Of a stretch of 64,000 nucleotides of DNA, positions 59,140 through 64,000 are shown one piece after another. The stretch is from Acidobacteriota bacterium (GTDB lineage: Bacteria; Acidobacteriota; UBA6911; RPQK01; JAJDTT01). The translations under genes and the position numbers were made by a program. The notes under the pieces were generated by a model, which did not search any database, was not told where the DNA came from, and worked only from the letters and a program-made list of their open reading frames with translations. The DNA is taken from positions 4,601,762 through 4,665,761 of the forward strand of contig OZ246889.1 of the NCBI GenBank assembly GCA_965231825.1. The letters run 5' to 3'. The first letter of the stretch is position 1, and each line of letters opens with the position of its first letter.

Positions 59140-60417
59140 CTATTCCAGGGACCGGGTCGAACGGCGAGCGGAGCTTTCCGGGCCGCGGCGGAGAAACGTG
59201 GTGTAGTTCTGAACGATTCCCGTCAGTTCGGGAATCGCGACCAGTTTCTTCAGGAGAATCTCCCTCGACTCCGGATCCTGGCGACCCCGGCCAAAGGAGG
59301 GATGGGAAAACTTCAGTTGGAAGTTTCCGGGATTCACCAGGAGATCGACGCCGTGCCGGGCGCAGAGGGGCCCGTAATCCCGGCTCAGGGCCTCTTCGAT
59401 GGGGGGCAGTCCAAGACCGTCCTCCTGGCTCTGGAGGTAGCCCATGGTCCGCTGGGTCCGCCGCGGATAGCGGGCGCGCTCGTTGGTGATGTGCCCCAGC
59501 ACCAGTTGGTCCACGATCCCCTCGGAGACCCAGCGCCGCCACTGGATCCTCATGTTGCCCAAGGGAGGACCCAAATGCTCCCCCTGCTGGACGCCCACCG
59601 CCAGCTTCTGTCCCCGTGTCCGTAGATGGTCCTTGACCTCCCTCAGGAAGGTGGTGAAGTACTCCCCTCTCAGATCCCGCCATTTCTCCAGGTCGAAGGG
59701 CTGGCGCAGGATGTCCCGCCCGTAGCGGCGCTGGTACTCCCGGACCACCGGCTCGTTGAACCCGAACTGATCAGCGTGGGCGGGCGGAGGCGCATGGGAG
59801 CGGAGGCTCAGGTATGCGCCATCCAGATCGAAGCGGTCCGTGAAGGTCCGGATGACTTTGAGCATGTACTGCCGGACCTCCGGGTAGGCGTATTCCATGA
59901 AACCCCAGTGGTATTTCCGGGCGTTGGGAGTGAGGCTCCGGTCGCAGGCCAGAAACTGGGGGTTCTCCTGGGTGAAACGGGACTGCCAGGGAAAGGGAAC
60001 GGAGTCGGAATAGAGGACGTCCGGCGGGCACCCCTCATCCAGTATCGTGATCCAGACGTAGGCTCGAATACCCGCCTCCTTCAAGGCGTCGACAGCCGCC
60101 TCCATGAGGTCCGACTCCCAGGCCGCCCGGGTCTTCTCCATCCCCGTCCGGTGTACCTCGGTGGTGGAGACGGAATCGTGAAAGAGCAGGACTCGGAAGT
60201 TGTCGCCGCGGAAGAAGACCTGGTCGACTCCCTGCGACTTCCAGGACCGGACGGACTCGCGCACCTTCTGGGGCGTGTCCAAGCGAGCGGCCCCTCGGAC
60301 CTGGGACGTGATGATGTCGCCCCAGCTCACGCTGACCACGTTCTGTTTGCCGCGGGCCTGGACCGGAATCGGCAGGAAGAGGAGGGCGGCGATCAGTGCG
60401 ACTGAGCCATTACGCAT
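59140..60417 (-). CDS. Secreted glycoside-hydrolase-like protein (GHL10-like)
   Basis: Signal peptide; EYAYPEVR, DLDG.YL, GFNEP. Confidence 0.7.
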   Translation of the reverse strand: MRNGSVALIAALLFLPIPVQARGKQNVVSVSWGDIITSQVRGAARLDTPQKVRESVRSWKSQGVDQVFFRGDNFRVLLFHDSVSTTEVHRTGMEKTRAAWESDLMEAAVDALKEAGIRAYVWITILDEGCPPDVLYSDSVPFPWQSRFTQENPQFLACDRSLTPNARKYHWGFMEYAYPEVRQYMLKVIRTFTDRFDLDGAYLSLRSHAPPPAHADQFGFNEPVVREYQRRYGRDILRQPFDLEKWRDLRGEYFTTFLREVKDHLRTRGQKLAVGVQQGEHLGPPLGNMRIQWRRWVSEGIVDQLVLGHITNERARYPRRTQRTMGYLQSQEDGLGLPPIEEALSRDYGPLCARHGVDLLVNPGNFQLKFSHPSFGRGRQDPESREILLKKLVAIPELTGIVQNYTTFLRRGPESSARRSTRSLE

Positions 60418-60430
60418 GTTCAATCCTCGT

Positions 60431-60568
60431 GGGAGTGGCGGTTTCCAACCGCCGGATCGCGAACGGGGGTTTTCCTACCCCCCGGTCTCGCAACCTGCAG
60501 TCCCTTGCCATGGGTCGTGGTTGGTCCGAAAGAGGGCGCCTGAAAGACGCCCCTCCTGCCCCCTCCTA
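60431..60568. repeat. REP-like palindrome cluster
   Basis: GGCGGTTTCCAACCGCC, GGGGGTTTTCCTACCCCC, GGGCGCCTGAAAGACGCCC resemble units at 936-1018 and 54324. Confidence 0.55.
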
Positions 60569-62590
60569 TAGAAACTGCAGGTCGCGCATCACGGCGGCCG
60601 TGGAGACGCAGGCGATGCTCAGAAAGAATATGGCGCAGGCCACCATCAAGACCCGGATGTACCAGGCCGGCTGCAATTCCCTGGGCAACAGTTTGCAGTT
60701 CACGGCCAGGACGCAGAGCGCGGAGAACCCCAGACCGAAGTTCAACGGGATGCCCGCGATCTTCACGATCATCATGCGGTCGGGAATCAGGGTCAACGCC
60801 ATCACTCCCCAGATGGCGTAGGCGGCCAGGAGTCCGTAGTAAACATACTTGACCTTTTCTTCCTCCAACCCCCGGGCGCGGGTGCTGGCGGTCCAGATCA
60901 GGTCGGTCCAACGCCGGCAGAAGGCGTCCGCCGCCGCGATCTGGGTGGGGCCCAGAACCAGGAAGCCGCAGAGCAGTGTGAGGAACCAGAAGATGGGTTC
61001 CCCCGTCTTCTCGACGACTCCCTGCGCCGTCAGGGCGGCCAGCGAATCGCCCCGGACCTGCTGTCCGGCGGCGAACTGAAGCGAGAGCAGGGCCGGAATG
61101 CCCATGCCCAGGATACAGCCCCCGACCCAGATCCCCAGTTGGTCGCGAATGGTGACCTTGCGCCACCCCGTCCACAGCTTTCTCGATTCCGGCGTGACGT
61201 GGAACACGCGGCCCTCGTGGAGCAGCTTGACGCCCTTCCCGCCCACGGCGCTGGCGATGGCGCCCACCCGGGCCCCCATGCCCCAGCCTTTGTCCCGGAC
61301 GTAGTTGGCGAAACTGGCGTTGCCGAGACCTCCGCTACCGGCAATGGCGGCGAAAATGGCCAACAGTCCCACGTCCAGAGCCGGCCTTGCGCCTCCGATT
61401 CCGAAGGTCCCCCGGAACAGTTCCGACCACGTCAGCGGGTTCCCGCCCACTTCGGGAAGCGCGCCGAATTTGACGAATCCGGAAAAGATCTCGACCCAGA
61501 CCCGCCATTCGACGTAGAAGACCCCCAGGAAGATGAGATAGCCCAGGACCAGGACCGTCTTGGCGGCCATGATCTTCTCCACCATGTTGTAGACCTTGCC
61601 GCCGAAGATCAGCGGGACGAAGGCAGAGAGGAATATGGCGTAGCCGAGCCAGCCAACAGTGCTCCTCTCCGGGTCGACCCACTTTTCCAGCACCGGTGCG
61701 GGCATGGCTTTCCACCGGTCCGTCACGCCATAGGCGCTCGGGTTCCGAGCCATTTCATGGACGATTTCGGCCGGAAGTCCGGTCTCGCGGATGACCTGGT
61801 CCACGGGAGCGAACAACTCCGGCCTCCCTTGAACCTTTTCCAAGACCTCGGGGTCCAGACCGGTTCTGGCCGCCACCTCCGTGACGGAGGCCCCGTCCTG
61901 CCACTCGGTGAGCGGATGGGGCAGGGGCCGCCAGCGGCGGGTGTCGCCGTAGTGCTCCGGATTCCGTGACATCTCCCGGATCACCTCGACCGGCAGTCCC
62001 GTGTCGCGCTCGACGTCCTGGACTCGTCCGAAACGGCCGGGGTGTTGCGACATCTCCTCCACCAGCCGAGCCGAAAGGCCCGTCTCGGCCACGACTTCTG
62101 CCTGGGAAAGGTAGGTCGTGGGAAGCGTCCCCGGGAGATGCCCCAGAAAGGCCGCCAATAGAGGAACCGCCGCGTTGGCGGACAGATAGGGCCAGATGGC
62201 GCCGAAGTCGACCACCAGGAAGACGCCGGTCCAGAAGCGCGGGCCCGGCGCCAATCGGAAAAAGCCGGTGAACATGGGCTCGCCGCAATACAGGGCGTAG
62301 CGCATCACTTCCAGGTTGTAGCAGCACTGGAACAGGATGCTCATGGTGGCGATCCACATCAGCACCCCGCCGTATTGCGCCGTCAGGGCGGGACCGGTCA
62401 GCCACTCCCCTCCTCCGATGGCCAATCCCACCATGAGCAGGCCCGGCCCCAGGAACCGGCGCAAATCGAAGCGGTCCGGGGGAGGAGTGGGAAGCGTATC
62501 CACTCCCCAGGCCGCCATTTTCCCGGCCGGGACGCGGAGGTTGGCGGTGGGATCCGTGCCGGGAGTGTGAGGTGGGTTCTGGTCGGTCAT
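60566..62590 (-). CDS. NRAMP-like membrane transporter with soluble repeat insertion
   Basis: LGPGLL..G.AIGGGEW..GP, RYALYCGEP, RDKGWGMG; many TM segments. Confidence 0.75.
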   Translation of the reverse strand: MTDQNPPHTPGTDPTANLRVPAGKMAAWGVDTLPTPPPDRFDLRRFLGPGLLMVGLAIGGGEWLTGPALTAQYGGVLMWIATMSILFQCCYNLEVMRYALYCGEPMFTGFFRLAPGPRFWTGVFLVVDFGAIWPYLSANAAVPLLAAFLGHLPGTLPTTYLSQAEVVAETGLSARLVEEMSQHPGRFGRVQDVERDTGLPVEVIREMSRNPEHYGDTRRWRPLPHPLTEWQDGASVTEVAARTGLDPEVLEKVQGRPELFAPVDQVIRETGLPAEIVHEMARNPSAYGVTDRWKAMPAPVLEKWVDPERSTVGWLGYAIFLSAFVPLIFGGKVYNMVEKIMAAKTVLVLGYLIFLGVFYVEWRVWVEIFSGFVKFGALPEVGGNPLTWSELFRGTFGIGGARPALDVGLLAIFAAIAGSGGLGNASFANYVRDKGWGMGARVGAIASAVGGKGVKLLHEGRVFHVTPESRKLWTGWRKVTIRDQLGIWVGGCILGMGIPALLSLQFAAGQQVRGDSLAALTAQGVVEKTGEPIFWFLTLLCGFLVLGPTQIAAADAFCRRWTDLIWTASTRARGLEEEKVKYVYYGLLAAYAIWGVMALTLIPDRMMIVKIAGIPLNFGLGFSALCVLAVNCKLLPRELQPAWYIRVLMVACAIFFLSIACVSTAAVMRDLQFL

Positions 62591-62777
62591 CTGGCCCCCT
62601 GGAGAAGACGCATCAGGTTATTCCCTGAAGCAGGTCATCTGAACTTGTCGAGATTGCGCCGGCGCGGATCGACCGACCAGCAGCCAGCGTTTTCGATTCG
62701 ATATCTGGCCGCAGGTTCGGCGGACATTCGATCGAATGCTAAAACCCTACCACGGCCAGGATTCCTGTCAAACGCGT

Positions 62778-62894
62778 GTAGAAGGGGACAGTCTGTTTTT
62801 CCGACAGGGACGACGTTTGGGCGCAGGCCGCCACGCCAGCGCGGAAGGAGGATGAATCAGAAGAACCGCATGATGTAGGTCACCCGCACACCGC
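62778..62894. repeat. Direct repeat (hairpin + spacer + receptor 3' end); second copy at 63884-64000
   Basis: Near-identical GTAGAAGGGGACAGTC...TCAGAAGAACCGCATGATGTAGGTCACCCGCAC. Confidence 0.9.
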
Positions 62895-63006
62895 GGCCGA
62901 TCTCCGGCGCCAGGTCCTTGATTAAGGAGGAGGAGTACCGGTAGAGGCGATCGCCCAGATTGAAGACGTTCACTCTGAACTGATGCGCCACGTGCTGTTG
63001 GGCAGT
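62857..63006 (-). pseudogene. Isolated 3' fragment of a TonB-dependent receptor
   Basis: TAQQHVAHQFRVNVFNLGDRLYR..IKDLAPEIGRGVRVTYIMRFF, paralogous to the C-terminus of 56289-58967; abuts hairpin 63007-63035. Confidence 0.85.
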
Positions 63007-63035
63007 AAGAGAAAGGGACGGTCTGTTTTTTCGAC

Positions 63036-63455
63036 TTACTTCCGGAATGGATTCGTGATGACGACGCCCGAAATCTGCTGTCTATGCTGAAGATCTTCGC
63101 TGTAGACGGTTCTGCAACCCCTTTCGATGGCGGCCGCGACGATCAGGCTATCGTAGAAACTGAGCTGATAGCGAGCTTGCAGGTCGAGGGCACTCTGGTA
63201 AAGCGCCCGTGTCGGGAAGACCCGACAGAGGGGCATCAAGATTCGGTTCAAAAGCTCTCGAGCCGCCTCCGGAGGCACCTTGAGCTTACGGGTCAAGACA
63301 TTGAGGGTTTCCTGGACGACTTGGAAGCTGATGCAACCGTTTTGGCGCTTCAAAGCCCGTTGAACCAAGCGCTCTGCTCGTTCCCGCTTGCTGGGGGCGG
63401 TCTCATCGAACAAGTAAACGAAGATGTTGGTGTCGAGGAAGTGTTCAACGCTCAT
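63036..63455 (-). CDS. vapC: VapC PIN-domain toxin
   Basis: FLDTNIFVY, QVVQE, SFYDSLIVAAA, SEDL. Confidence 0.9.
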   Translation of the reverse strand: MSVEHFLDTNIFVYLFDETAPSKRERAERLVQRALKRQNGCISFQVVQETLNVLTRKLKVPPEAARELLNRILMPLCRVFPTRALYQSALDLQARYQLSFYDSLIVAAAIERGCRTVYSEDLQHRQQISGVVITNPFRK

Positions 63456-63669
63456 TCATTTGATCCCGAGTGAACGTGCGTCCTCCGGTGAATATTCGGC
63501 CTTGCAGTTCACGGATAGCCTTCATGGCCTCGGCAGCCTGCTGCTCTCGGCGAACGTAGTCTTCAAGCCAAGCCCGAAATCGCTCGTTCAAGGTCGTGTG
63601 CTCCGCAGCAGCACGCCGGCGCGCCGCCTCAATCAGGTTCTCATCAGCACTCAATGTGATGTTTTTCAT
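63445..63669 (-). CDS. vapB: VapB-like RHH antitoxin
   Basis: MKNITLSADE.LIE.AR..A....TLN; overlaps vapC. Confidence 0.8.
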   Translation of the reverse strand: MKNITLSADENLIEAARRRAAAEHTTLNERFRAWLEDYVRREQQAAEAMKAIRELQGRIFTGGRTFTRDQMNER

Positions 63670-63962
63670 AATCAGACTCCGAACTTCGTCAGCTAGAATG
63701 CACGGGTTCAGTGTACACGACTCTAGTGTACTAGAATGGAGCCGACCATTGGCTCGTCGTTCGTCGAACGACGGTGTCCGGTTCCCAAAAGCCCACTTTG
63801 CACATTTCGCGCCAGGGGATCAGGACTGCAAAAGGGGACAGTCTGTTTTTCCTGCGTGTTTTTCCCGGGTCAAATCTTCGGGGGTAGAAAGGGGACAGTC
63901 TATTTTTTCGACAGGGACATCGTTTGGGCGCAGGCCGCCACGCCAGCGCGGAAGGAGATGAA

Positions 63963-64000
63963 TCAGAAGAACCGCATGATGTAGGTCACCCGCACGCCGC
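63963..64000 (-). CDS. 3' end of another TonB-dependent receptor (continues beyond window)
   Basis: GVRVTYIMRFF-stop. Confidence 0.6.
   Translation of the reverse strand, partial: GVRVTYIMRFF

Overview
GC-rich bacterial window. Both ends hold ordinary genes: amidohydrolase, BNR/sialidase-like protein, TonB-dependent receptors, glycoside-hydrolase-like proteins, leuB, GNAT, NYN, tRNA-Arg(TCG) and an NRAMP-like transporter. Between them (~6.1-49.5 kb) lies a heavily decayed defence/mobile-DNA island. It contains DarTG with a broken darT, several type II TA modules, type I RM remnants, an intact Eco57I-like MTase plus type IIG pair, GmrSD, an EVE-nuclease, DUF2971, two IS3 copies, IS1182 and a nested IS4/IS1380/RIT/IS3 stack. 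Three candidates for new biology stand out. (1) A two-gene unit of a 1769-aa STAND-like NTPase and a 311-aa partner ending in an RNQLAH HEPN-type motif, inside a ~13-kb block flanked by ~1.1-kb direct repeats. (2) A family of GTAG-tagged hairpins (core GGGGACAGTC/GGTGACTGTC) found repeatedly at gene-truncation junctions; at two TonB-receptor loci they bracket a duplicated receptor 3' end plus a TA module. (3) A 446-aa orphan with two RxxxxH motifs (possible tandem HEPN) near a dif-like site at the island edge. No CRISPR array, reverse transcriptase or DGR was seen. All family calls come from motif recognition by eye, not database searches.
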